62,843 nt of DNA from an uncultured Gammaproteobacteria bacterium. GTDB taxonomy: Bacteria; Patescibacteriota; Microgenomatia; Daviesbacterales; UBA10151. Position numbers and translations under genes: made by a program. Below, piece by piece: positions 21,940-30,740 of the stretch (positions within the stretch are counted from its first letter, which is position 1; every line of letters starts with the position of its first letter). The notes under the pieces were generated by a model that saw only the letters and a list, made by a program, of their open reading frames with translations, was not told where the DNA came from and did no database searches. The stretch is taken from contig CAZVEX010000006.1 in NCBI GenBank assembly GCA_964625535.1, positions 1 through 62,843 of the forward strand, written 5' to 3'.

Positions 21940-22031
21940 ATTGAGACTTCGTGTAATGCTGATTACAAGAATAATATCAAAGCTAAATAAGACTTGTCAA
22001 GTACTAAATTACACACCAACAGCAGGACTTT

Positions 22032-22059
22032 TAAAGGTTAATTACATATTATAGTAACT
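22032..22059 (-). other. dif-like (half) site
   Basis: Minus strand AGTTACTATAA TATGTA ATTAACCTTTA; the first arm and core resemble Firmicute-type dif, the second arm is poor. Confidence 0.3.
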
Positions 22060-22765
22060 CGTTTATATAGTCATTGTTCGAGAATACGCGGGGAACATAT
22101 AACTGTCATCCCTAGCTCGATCTATAACTAATCCGACTCCTTGGAGGCTATCCAAGCATAAGGCCCGTAAAGGCCCCAAAAACGGCTGATTGGGGAAGGA
22201 AAGGTATACTGTGCATCTAAAGATTAGCCTTTTGCAAACAGCCAAACTCAAAAACTAAAAAGTTAAATATTTAAGTTAAAGAATAAGAAATTTTTTAGTC
22301 GGCGACTGCCATTTTTAAGAACGAAAAATTAGCTTTAAATTCTTGCTTATTTTTATCATTATTTTTTTGTTTTTTTCATCTATGAAAATTGGGGTGTCCC
22401 CCTGACAAAATTTGTACTCAATATATTGTGCGACGTCGAGTAGAAGGGAGCTTTTGTTTTGTCTAAGAAAGAGGGTATGATATGTAGCTTCGTCTTCAAA
22501 ATACACCGTGCCCAAAGCAACAACTTGTACATTAACACTTATAATGCGGGGAGAAACAAAGCTCTACTCTACACATATTCGGGTATTATTCTCTGGGGTC
22601 AGCACTTATCCACAAAATATGCTAAATTGAGGCTCACGAAAGACCTATAATTATTTATTTGTATCTGCTAAATATATCAAACAATATCACTTCTTTTTTC
22701 ACGAAATCTTAGCAAATTTTTCACGGTTCCCTAACTTTAGCCTATCCTAATAATCTAATCCTCCC

Positions 22766-23548
22766 CTACCCTGTCCAGGAAGTCAGGAAAAAACTTACCA
22801 GGAATACTGTCCCTCCGATCCCTAAATATTCCCAGATCATTCTTTTATCCAACCTCCCCCGCAGGGATTGGGTGGTGATGCCTACCAAAACATACATGGC
22901 CGAAGAAAGCGCCAGGGACCAGATGGTGGTGGCCATGGGCCAAAAAGAGAAGGCTAGACCTAGTTCTCCCAAAATCAAGGCCAAAATCAAGCTTTGGACA
23001 ATAATAGATAGTCCTACCCTATCCTCCATCTCAATTGACCAGAGAACCTGCAAAATTAAAGGGAAACTGACCAGAAAAGTAAGCAGACCGTTTAAAAGAA
23101 AAATTAGTTTAAAAGCGTAAATAACATTAAAAATGAAAAAACTTGACAGCAGCGTAAAAAGAAAGGTGGCTGTTGAGGCAGCCCGATATAAAGGAATGGT
23201 TCTAATGGAGGCCACATTGAAAACATTTTGGGAAAGAAGCAACAGATAAAAAAATAGGCCAAAAAAAGAAGCCACCGGCAGTCTTGTCAACCACCTAACC
23301 GGCAGTAAAAAATAAAAGCTGGCAACAGCCACAGTAAAAAAGGTGGGCAAAATTAAAAGAACCAGGCCTTTTGTCAAATTTAACCCTTCCCGAAGAGCCC
23401 ACAAAGATAAAGCGCCGGCCAAAAAACCAAGCCCTGCGATAAATCTAAATCTTAAATTAAAATCAACCAGTTGGGTGGATAAAAGCCCCAGGGTGACCAA
23501 AATCGAAGCAGTGATAATTTTTTGACGCTTATTTAGATTTAAGTTCAT
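22766..23548 (-). CDS. Conserved polytopic membrane protein
   Basis: About 9 hydrophobic segments; start moved to the ATG at 23548. Confidence 0.75.
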   Translation of the reverse strand: MNLNLNKRQKIITASILVTLGLLSTQLVDFNLRFRFIAGLGFLAGALSLWALREGLNLTKGLVLLILPTFFTVAVASFYFLLPVRWLTRLPVASFFGLFFYLLLLSQNVFNVASIRTIPLYRAASTATFLFTLLSSFFIFNVIYAFKLIFLLNGLLTFLVSFPLILQVLWSIEMEDRVGLSIIVQSLILALILGELGLAFSFWPMATTIWSLALSSAMYVLVGITTQSLRGRLDKRMIWEYLGIGGTVFLVSFFLTSWTG

Positions 23549-23558
23549 AATTCCCTGA

Positions 23559-24092
23559 CTACTTGTTTGCAAGCTTAAGCACATGACAAATGGCAATGGC
23601 TAAGGCATCTGTGGCATCATCCAGGTGCCCACCTTTCCAGCTAACCTTTAGTTTTTTATGCCTTCTGCCACTATTCCCCAAAAATCTTCTTACCCCCTCA
23701 TGAACCTGATCCTTGTCTGCCCTACCCGATCCTGCCACCATCAGTTTAACTTGTAAGCCGGTATAATCCTGAAAGGGAATCTTATGCTGGGCAGCTGTCA
23801 GCATAATCACTCCCCTGGCCTGTCCCACCATAATGGCGGTTCTAGTGTTAGCTCCGAAAAACAACATTTCGCATACCATCTGATCCGGTTGATATTTTTC
23901 TATCACAACAGTTAGTTCACCATGGATCATATGCAGGCGGTCCTGCATTAATCTCTCTTTTGGAGTGCTAATATTCCCATAAGCCACCAGTTCAATATCG
24001 TATTTAAATTCCCTGCCCAAAATATCATCAGGCACTTTGATAACTCCATAACCTGTGGTAGCAGTTCCTGGATCAATCCCAAGTATAATCAT
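23559..24092 (-). CDS. ruvC: Holliday junction resolvase
   Basis: ILGIDPGTATTGYG, VCEMLFF, GRADKDQV, DDATDALAIA. Confidence 0.93.
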   Translation of the reverse strand: MIILGIDPGTATTGYGVIKVPDDILGREFKYDIELVAYGNISTPKERLMQDRLHMIHGELTVVIEKYQPDQMVCEMLFFGANTRTAIMVGQARGVIMLTAAQHKIPFQDYTGLQVKLMVAGSGRADKDQVHEGVRRFLGNSGRRHKKLKVSWKGGHLDDATDALAIAICHVLKLANK

Positions 24093-24838
24093 ATAAGCTC
24101 TTCTGGAATATCGAAATTACTGTACACTTTTTGTACATCATCCAATTCCTCTAGCCTTTGGGCAAAATCCAATACCTTTTTAGCTGTTTCAGGATCTTTT
24201 GTTTCCACCAAAATATTGGGTTTCATGACCACTGAAGCCTCCTCCACCTCAAATCCAGATTGAGTAATTTTTGTACTCATAGTATTTAATTCTGGGCTTT
24301 CTACATATACTAAATATCTTTGCATGTTGTTCTCCTGAAAATCTTCTACATCCCTTATTCCTAAATCAATAAGTTGCAATTCTTCCTCATCAACGCTTCC
24401 ACCCTTACTTTTTACCTTTAACTCCCCTACTTTTTCAAACATATAAGCCACGCTACCCTGCCCTGCCAAAGATCCTCCGGATCTTTCAAAAAGATTTCTC
24501 ACTTCTTGTAAAGTGCGCAGTTTATTATCGGTGATTGCTTCAAGATAAAAAGCTACCTTGCCCGGACCAAAACCCTCATAGATTACTTCTTCTAACGCTT
24601 CTTTCCCCTTCCCGAGCCCCCTATCTATAGCCCTTTGAATATTTTCTTTGGGCATGTTTAAAGAACGAGCTTCCTCTATAGCCATACGCAGCCTCGGATT
24701 GGCACCCGGATCACCCGATCCGCCCATTTTAACGGCAATGATGATGGCATTGGCTATCTTGGTAAAGGTTTGACCCCTTTTGATATCCGCCGCCCCTTTT
24801 TGCCTCTTAATAGTTGACCACTTGCTATGCCCTGACAT
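24089..24838 (-). CDS. yebC: YebC/PmpR family protein
   Basis: MSGHSKWSTIKRQKG, NPRLR, YEGFGPG, DDVQKVYSN. Confidence 0.95.
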   Translation of the reverse strand: MSGHSKWSTIKRQKGAADIKRGQTFTKIANAIIIAVKMGGSGDPGANPRLRMAIEEARSLNMPKENIQRAIDRGLGKGKEALEEVIYEGFGPGKVAFYLEAITDNKLRTLQEVRNLFERSGGSLAGQGSVAYMFEKVGELKVKSKGGSVDEEELQLIDLGIRDVEDFQENNMQRYLVYVESPELNTMSTKITQSGFEVEEASVVMKPNILVETKDPETAKKVLDFAQRLEELDDVQKVYSNFDIPEELI

Positions 24839-24877
24839 GGTAGATATTCTAACATATTCCTATTACAATATAATTCT

Positions 24878-25798
24878 ATGGCTAATACTGTTTTAGAGGT
24901 TAAAAATTTAACTAAGAATTTCGGCTCGTTTCGGGCAGTGGATAACTTGAGCTTCACACTTGCCGACGGGGAGATTTTGGGGCTTTTGGGCCCTAATGGC
25001 GCCGGCAAAACCACCACCATTCAGATGCTTTTGGGGGTGATGGATCCCAGTTTTGGTGAGATCTCCTACTTTGGCAAACCTTTCCACAAACACCGAAGCG
25101 AGATCTTAAAGAGAATCAATTTCTCCTCCACTTACATTGCCCTGCCCTGGCATTTTACGGTCTGGGAATCCTTGGATGTTTTTGCCCGGCTTTATGAAAT
25201 TCCCAACAAAAAAGGTCGCATCTTAAAGCTGCTGGAAGAGTTTGAAATCGCCCATCTTAAAGATAAAAATTTTTTCATGCTCTCGGCCGGGGAAAAAACC
25301 AGGCTGATTTTGGTCAAATCTTTTCTTAATTACCCCAAGATTTTACTTTTGGATGAACCGACAGCCAGTCTTGATCCCGACATTGCGGTTAAAGTGAGAG
25401 ATTTCTTGAAAAAACAGCAAAGAGAGTATCAAGTCGGCATGCTTTTTACTTCTCACAACATGGCCGAGGTGGAAGAAATGTGCGACCAGGTAATTATCAT
25501 TCACCGTGGTCAAATCATTGCCGAGGACAGCCCGGAAAATCTGGCCAAAGAGATTCAAGATTGCCAGGTAGAACTACTGATTAAAAAAGACGCCGAGCGG
25601 GCAGATAAATTTTTGACCAAACTGGAGCTGGCTTTTGAAAAAGAACGCCATCGTTTTCGAATCATGGTTGACGAAAGTGAAGTAGCGGAACTTTTAACTC
25701 TTTTAACCAAAGAGAGCATTGAATATGAGGAAGTTAGCATTAATAAACCGGATCTGGAAGATTTTTTTCTTAAAGTCATCAAGGAGAAGCAGGAATGA
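24878..25798 (+). CDS. ABC-2 type exporter ATP-binding subunit
   Basis: GPNGAGKTT, LSAGE, LLLDEPT, SHNM, C-terminal KPDLEDFF. Confidence 0.92.
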   Translation: MANTVLEVKNLTKNFGSFRAVDNLSFTLADGEILGLLGPNGAGKTTTIQMLLGVMDPSFGEISYFGKPFHKHRSEILKRINFSSTYIALPWHFTVWESLDVFARLYEIPNKKGRILKLLEEFEIAHLKDKNFFMLSAGEKTRLILVKSFLNYPKILLLDEPTASLDPDIAVKVRDFLKKQQREYQVGMLFTSHNMAEVEEMCDQVIIIHRGQIIAEDSPENLAKEIQDCQVELLIKKDAERADKFLTKLELAFEKERHRFRIMVDESEVAELLTLLTKESIEYEEVSINKPDLEDFFLKVIKEKQE

Positions 25799-26583
25799 TT
25801 AACTTAAATCGTGTCAATGCCATGGTGCTTAGATATTTTTTGTATCTGCGCCACAATCTGGACCGGCTATCAGACATGTTTTACTGGCCGGCCATGGATA
25901 TTTTTGTGTGGGGATTGACCGGGCTTTACATTGCATCCTTGGGAGCAGGCGGCGGGCAAACCATTTTTGTCATTTTAACCGGAGTGGTTTTCTGGATTGT
26001 CATCTGGCGGGCCCAATACGAGATCAATGTTAACCTCATGTCGGAGATCTGGGACAAAAATCTGGTCAATATTTTTGCCTCACCCTTAACTCTGCCGGAG
26101 TGGACTCTGTCTTTGCTTTTGGTAGGGCTGATTAAGATGGTTTTGAGTGTAGCTTTTTCTGCCGTATTAACCTTTTTTCTCTACGGCTTTAATATTTTTC
26201 AGTTTGGGGTCTTGCTTCTGCCGGCAGTCTTGAGTTTACTTTTGACAGGCTGGGCAGCCGGCTTTGTGATTGCCGGTTTCCTGATGTATTTTGGACAGAA
26301 AATCCAAACCCTGGCCTGGACCGGGGTGGCTATGATTTGGCCTTTTTCCGCCCTTTATTACTCTGTGTCCATTTTACCCGACTGGGCCCAGGCCGTTTCC
26401 CGCTTTATCCCCCCATCTTATGTTTTTGAAAACATGAGAGAGGTAATTTTTACCGGACGCTTCGCCTGGGATAAAATTCTCGTAAGTTTCACCCTGAATA
26501 TTTTTTATTTAATCCTGGCTATCTGGTTTTTTGTCTTTATGTTTAAAAAAAGCCGCAAGCTTGGTCTGGGCAGGCTAATTTAA
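25795..26583 (+). CDS. ABC-2 type exporter permease
   Basis: Six transmembrane segments, FYWP, YYSVSILPDW; overlaps the ATPase stop. Confidence 0.85.
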   Translation: MINLNRVNAMVLRYFLYLRHNLDRLSDMFYWPAMDIFVWGLTGLYIASLGAGGGQTIFVILTGVVFWIVIWRAQYEINVNLMSEIWDKNLVNIFASPLTLPEWTLSLLLVGLIKMVLSVAFSAVLTFFLYGFNIFQFGVLLLPAVLSLLLTGWAAGFVIAGFLMYFGQKIQTLAWTGVAMIWPFSALYYSVSILPDWAQAVSRFIPPSYVFENMREVIFTGRFAWDKILVSFTLNIFYLILAIWFFVFMFKKSRKLGLGRLI

Positions 26584-26594
26584 CCCGAAAGAAA

Positions 26595-26623
26595 TTGACA
26601 ATGCCTTCGTGTCTATCTATACT
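26595..26623 (+). promoter_or_regulatory. sigma70 promoter
   Basis: TTGACA-N17-TATACT, 11 nt before the ATG at 26635. Confidence 0.75.
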
Positions 26624-26634
26624 TTTAAGTCTAG

Positions 26635-27354
26635 ATGGACGATTCTACTTCTTCTAACATTCACCATCAGGCCATTGCCCTCTCGCTGGAGGGCCGCTGG
26701 GAAGATGCCCTTAAGCTAAATAAAAAAATCATCAGGCTGGATCCGCAAAACGTGGATGCTCTGGCCCGTCTGGCCCGGGCATATATGGAACTGGGCCGCT
26801 TTAACCTGGCCAAAAAATATTACAGTGAGGCTCTAAAATATGATCCATACAATCCGATAGCTTCAAAAAACTTAAAGATCATTAAAACTTTTAAGTCTAA
26901 CAGCCAACCCAAAGCTGTCAACGGTCATGGCAAACTGTCCTCTTCCCTATTCCTGCAGGAACCAGGCAAGAGCAAAATTGTCAGCCTGTTAAAAGTGGCC
27001 GAGCCCCAAAAACTTTCCCAGATCTATTGCGGTATGCAGGTTGCCGCAGCAGTTAAAAACAGAAAAATCACCATTGTTGACGGAGAAGGCTCGTATTTAG
27101 GGGTCTTACCGGACGATATCTGTCATCACCTAATGAGACTTCTTAAAGGAGGCAATAAATATGAATTTTTTATCAAATCGGTGCGCGTCAATAGCTTAGC
27201 CCTTCTGATCAGAGAAACTTTCCGCAGTAAAAGATTCAAAAATCAACCTTCATTCCTAGAAAGTTCTTCTTTACCCCACCTGGAGATGATTACCACCATA
27301 GATGACGAGGCGGAAGACGAGGACGGGGAAGAAAACGAAGAGCAGGAAGTTTAA
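26635..27354 (+). CDS. TPR-repeat protein with acidic tail
   Basis: TPR pattern LDPQNVDALARLARAYMELG..ALKYDPYN; FLQEPGK; acidic C-terminus. Confidence 0.8.
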   Translation: MDDSTSSNIHHQAIALSLEGRWEDALKLNKKIIRLDPQNVDALARLARAYMELGRFNLAKKYYSEALKYDPYNPIASKNLKIIKTFKSNSQPKAVNGHGKLSSSLFLQEPGKSKIVSLLKVAEPQKLSQIYCGMQVAAAVKNRKITIVDGEGSYLGVLPDDICHHLMRLLKGGNKYEFFIKSVRVNSLALLIRETFRSKRFKNQPSFLESSSLPHLEMITTIDDEAEDEDGEENEEQEV

Positions 27355-28025
27355 GCAAGGGATAACAGCTTTAAAACCGAATTGCTGTTTAAAATCGGGT
27401 TAAGTTTATTTTTAAGAAAGCTTCTCTTTTTATAAAAGTCAACAATCTGCTCTTTGGTAAAAGGCTTGGGGACTTTAGTTAAATCGCCTGTGGCCAGATT
27501 TTTAAGCTGCGGCAGGCTTGATGAAGTAACCACTCTAATTTGCCCCTGGAAAAATCTGTCTCCCCCCTTGATATTTTCACCCTTTAATACCAACTGCCAC
27601 CAAAGCTGTTCGTTTTCGGGAAGGGGCGGTAAATCCTTAAAAAAACTGTCCATTAATTTAGTCTGTTGCTGTTTTCTTGCTCCCATCTCCCAGGCTTGCA
27701 GAATGGCCGGATCAACCCGGGTGTAATCTTCCAGTTCCAAAAGATTCAAAGCTTCAAGGTAATTGCTCAATATCTCCTGCGGGCCATAAATTACCAAGGC
27801 AGACTCTTTCCCCTTAATCAATCTTTCCAGGCTGATGATGGCACCATCCTGTAACATCAAATCATGCATTGAATCCAAAATGGTGGAGGTTAAAGCCTGG
27901 GGGTGGCGGATTAAAAATAGCGAAGATCTAGTCGGCGGATGATGGGCAAAATCAGCCATTGAACGAAGAGCCAGCAAAAAGGAGATAAAAATTACTGCGG
28001 CAAAAAGGATAATCCAAAAAATCAT
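27351..28025 (-). CDS. Membrane-anchored hypothetical protein
   Basis: N-terminal transmembrane segment; 224 aa; ATG adjacent to the upstream stop. Confidence 0.65.
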   Translation of the reverse strand: MIFWIILFAAVIFISFLLALRSMADFAHHPPTRSSLFLIRHPQALTSTILDSMHDLMLQDGAIISLERLIKGKESALVIYGPQEILSNYLEALNLLELEDYTRVDPAILQAWEMGARKQQQTKLMDSFFKDLPPLPENEQLWWQLVLKGENIKGGDRFFQGQIRVVTSSSLPQLKNLATGDLTKVPKPFTKEQIVDFYKKRSFLKNKLNPILNSNSVLKLLSLA

Positions 28026-29036
28026 TCAGTTACCCAGTCTTAAAAAGAAATCCTCACCCAAAATAACATTGATTTGGGCACGGGAGGAAATCCCTTCAAG
28101 ACTTTGTGGATCAATTTTATCACAACAGCCAAAAATTTGCGTCAATCTTTTTAGAGTTTGAGAAGGCTCTCCCGAAACCCGGGTTTTATCAAGCTTAAAA
28201 GAAGCATTGGAAATTTGAATCACGTTACCTCCCAAATTGGTAACGATCCTAGCTGCTTTTTGAGCAATTAAAGGCCGCTCGGTAGCATTAAAAACCGCCA
28301 CTGTTTTGTGTTCTTCAAGTACATGGTTATCTGTCAAATTCTGGGCTATGGAATCAATCCTGACCGGATCGCCAATTAAAACTTCCGTCTGATCCGGCAA
28401 GTAGCTTTTATCCAGTACCGAAGAAGATCCAAGATCTATGTAGTTAACCTTGTCAAACCTCACCTGAAAAAGCGCCATATTGAAACGGAGAAGCTCCAAA
28501 GGGCTTAAGTCACTCCTTGTATCTTTGAGCGCCAAAAGAATATTTAGAGGATTTTGTCTGATTAAACGAACAAAATCCTCTCCTTCCTCTTCCGCAAAAT
28601 CTCCCCTAAGCTGAATAAACCCTTCCACCGGTACTCCCAAAAAAGAAGTGAGCGTTCCTTCAAGTAGGTTCGCTCCGGCGGATGAGCCGGACTGGCCTAA
28701 ATCATAGATTGATCTAAGCTGCCATTTGCCAAAACCGCCCGGCACATCCAGATAGGTTTGGGGCGGAAGCTTAATGACAATGACCTTTTTTTGAACAGGA
28801 TTAAAACTGATTAAAGAAACCGAAGCTCCCCGGAGGACAACATTAAGATTGTAACGGCCGTCCCAACTGTGACTTTTTTGCGTATTAAGCTGCCAGGGAG
28901 AATTTAGAGTTTTTGTCAAATTTACCAAAGCCCCTGCTAAAAAAAGAGTTCCCAAGATAGCCACGGTCAAAAGAGCCAGCTTGGTCCTTTTTTTCTGTTT
29001 CCGGTGCGACTGAACAAGCTTCCATTTGCTGGGCAT
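28026..29036 (-). CDS. LytR/CpsA/Psr-like protein with LytR C-terminal domain
   Basis: N-terminal transmembrane segment; C-terminal VAVFNATERPLIAQKAARIV..GGNV..INVILGED. Confidence 0.75.
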   Translation of the reverse strand: MPSKWKLVQSHRKQKKRTKLALLTVAILGTLFLAGALVNLTKTLNSPWQLNTQKSHSWDGRYNLNVVLRGASVSLISFNPVQKKVIVIKLPPQTYLDVPGGFGKWQLRSIYDLGQSGSSAGANLLEGTLTSFLGVPVEGFIQLRGDFAEEEGEDFVRLIRQNPLNILLALKDTRSDLSPLELLRFNMALFQVRFDKVNYIDLGSSSVLDKSYLPDQTEVLIGDPVRIDSIAQNLTDNHVLEEHKTVAVFNATERPLIAQKAARIVTNLGGNVIQISNASFKLDKTRVSGEPSQTLKRLTQIFGCCDKIDPQSLEGISSRAQINVILGEDFFLRLGN

Positions 29037-29113
29037 AACTGCATTGTAACTTTAAGTATTGACCTGACGCAATAGTATGGGATAAACTGGGAAAAAGGGG
29101 GTGAGATATAAAA

Positions 29114-29383
29114 ATGAATCCAGACGATCCAAATCAAAATCCGGCCGGTCCGGCCGGTCCAATGGGAGGCGGGATGCCTTCGCAACCTGCGGATCAACCG
29201 GCAGATCAACCTGCAGCAGGAGAACCGCAACAACCACAACAGGCAGCAACCTGCGTTAAATGCGGAGGCAGCGCTCAAAACGGTGTATGCGTTCCTTGCG
29301 GTCAAAATGAACAAGCTTGTACCTGCATGCCGTCCGGCAGCGCTCCCTCGGGAGATATGGGACAACCGGCTCCTGCCATGTAA
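29114..29383 (+). CDS. Small Gln/Pro-rich protein with a six-Cys motif
   Basis: CVKC..CVPC..CTC; SD-like GGGGGTGA upstream; downstream hairpin. Confidence 0.65.
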   Translation: MNPDDPNQNPAGPAGPMGGGMPSQPADQPADQPAAGEPQQPQQAATCVKCGGSAQNGVCVPCGQNEQACTCMPSGSAPSGDMGQPAPAM

Positions 29384-29398
29384 GGAGACTTAAACTGG

Positions 29399-29436
29399 AA
29401 GCTAGGTGGAAGGGCCATGTTCCAACCACCTGGCTT
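29399..29436. terminator. Hairpin between convergent small ORFs (likely terminator)
   Basis: AAGCTAGGTGG pairs with CCACCTGGCTT, inner GGAA/TTCC. Confidence 0.6.
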
Positions 29437-29475
29437 TCAATAGGATGTAAGAGTATTGAGTAAGTGTAAGAGTTT

Positions 29476-29637
29476 TTATCGCATTAATCCTGTTAGCATC
29501 TTACAAATATCTTCTGCGGTATTATTTGTAATAGATAAAGCCGCTCTTCTTTCATTATCCAAAAAATTACTTACTCCGACCCTTACTCTTTCTAAACCTT
29601 GACTTACACCTCTGCGCATTTCTGCTAAACGATCCAT
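29476..29637 (-). CDS. Small hypothetical protein (53 aa, below the ORF-track cutoff)
   Basis: MDRLAEMRRGVSQGLERVRVG..MLTGLMR; upstream TTGCAA-N18-TATATT 9 nt from the ATG. Confidence 0.4.
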   Translation of the reverse strand: MDRLAEMRRGVSQGLERVRVGVSNFLDNERRAALSITNNTAEDICKMLTGLMR

Positions 29638-29743
29638 AATACCCCAAATATACGCCTTTTCCCATTAAATTTGCAAGGGAAGCTTCGTACATACGCATCT
29701 TTTGTTAAATATCAGTATAGATTTAGGAGGAGGGCCATGAAAT

Positions 29744-30730
29744 TTAGATTTCCAGAAGGATTTTACCAAAAGCTTTTTGTTTATCCAGCTTTTTTAAAGC
29801 CTCTTGAGCCTTTCTAAGAGGATAGATAGAGTCTATGCAGGGTTGTAAAATCTTATTCTTAAGCAACTTGAGTACGTTCTTTAGATCTTTAATCCTACCT
29901 CCATATGATCCTAAAATATTAATTTGTCTGGAAAATGCACTACCAATATCAACAGTCCCTGTCTCATCTATGGTAGTGGCACAGTAAACCATGGTTCCGT
30001 TTTTAGCCAGCAACCTAACTCCCTCTGACCAGATATGTCCGCCAATCATATCTACAACATAATTTACTCCACCTGGATATATCCTCCTTACCTCCCCCGC
30101 TAACCTCTTCGTAGAAACAACATGGTCAACTCCCAGTTTTTTTAGTAAATTTTTTTTACTACTGTGAGAGGTGCTGCAAATAATTTTGCAATCCCTGTTT
30201 TTTAGCAGTTGAATTACAAAAGTACCAACGCCTCCTGTTGAACCTGCCACCAGAACCGATGAATTATTTTTGACTTTTGCTCTATCTATTAAATGATGCG
30301 CTGTTGTACCGGCTAAAGTAGCTGCACAAACTTGATCTAACGATAAACCTTTTGGTATTTTTATTAAATTTTTTGCAGGTACCACCGTATATTCAGCATA
30401 CCCTCCCCACTTAGTTCTCCCTATTGTCCCACCATTATCACATACATTCTCATTTCCGCTTTTGCATTGAAAACACTTCCCACAAAAAGTCCAGGGATAA
30501 ACTATTACATTATCCCCTTGCGCGGTTGTGCCGACAATTTCCGATCCCAATATATGAGGAAAAATTTTTGGCCCCGGTCGTTTACCTTGCTGGATTAAAA
30601 GATCCAAATGATTTAAACCGCAAAATTTGACTTTGATCAATGCTTCATTTGCTGCAGGTACTGGTCTGTCTATAGATTGATATATCAAGTTTCCAGATTT
30701 TCCTATTTTAGTCAACACTACAGCTTTCAT
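29744..30730 (-). CDS. Zinc-binding MDR-family dehydrogenase/reductase
   Basis: CGLNHLD, PHILGSE, structural Zn motif CGKCFQC..C, GSTGGVG, FGKILL. Confidence 0.88.
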   Translation of the reverse strand: MKAVVLTKIGKSGNLIYQSIDRPVPAANEALIKVKFCGLNHLDLLIQQGKRPGPKIFPHILGSEIVGTTAQGDNVIVYPWTFCGKCFQCKSGNENVCDNGGTIGRTKWGGYAEYTVVPAKNLIKIPKGLSLDQVCAATLAGTTAHHLIDRAKVKNNSSVLVAGSTGGVGTFVIQLLKNRDCKIICSTSHSSKKNLLKKLGVDHVVSTKRLAGEVRRIYPGGVNYVVDMIGGHIWSEGVRLLAKNGTMVYCATTIDETGTVDIGSAFSRQINILGSYGGRIKDLKNVLKLLKNKILQPCIDSIYPLRKAQEALKKLDKQKAFGKILLEI

Positions 30731-30740
30731 AGTATAAGAT

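Noticed and set aside
22061-22140. Group I intron-like P, Q and S motifs
   Set aside because: The S-like motif precedes P, no R element is present, and there is no host gene.
22234-22266. tmRNA tag-like reading ANSQTQKLKS
   Set aside because: No tRNA-like 5-prime or 3-prime ends, and the tag does not end in the usual hydrophobic/Ala residues.
22315-22515. 66-aa ORF in the intergenic gap
   Set aside because: TTG start, no recognisable motif, AT-rich tail; coding status is unsupported.
22606-22614. Perfect DnaA box TTATCCACA suggesting oriC
   Set aside because: It is a single box with no cluster seen and no dnaA/dnaN nearby.
29724-29817. AGGAGG followed by MKFRFPEGF (glycoside hydrolase family 1-like start)
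   Set aside because: It is antisense to the canonical C-terminus of the MDR gene and stops after 26 codons; most likely coincidental.
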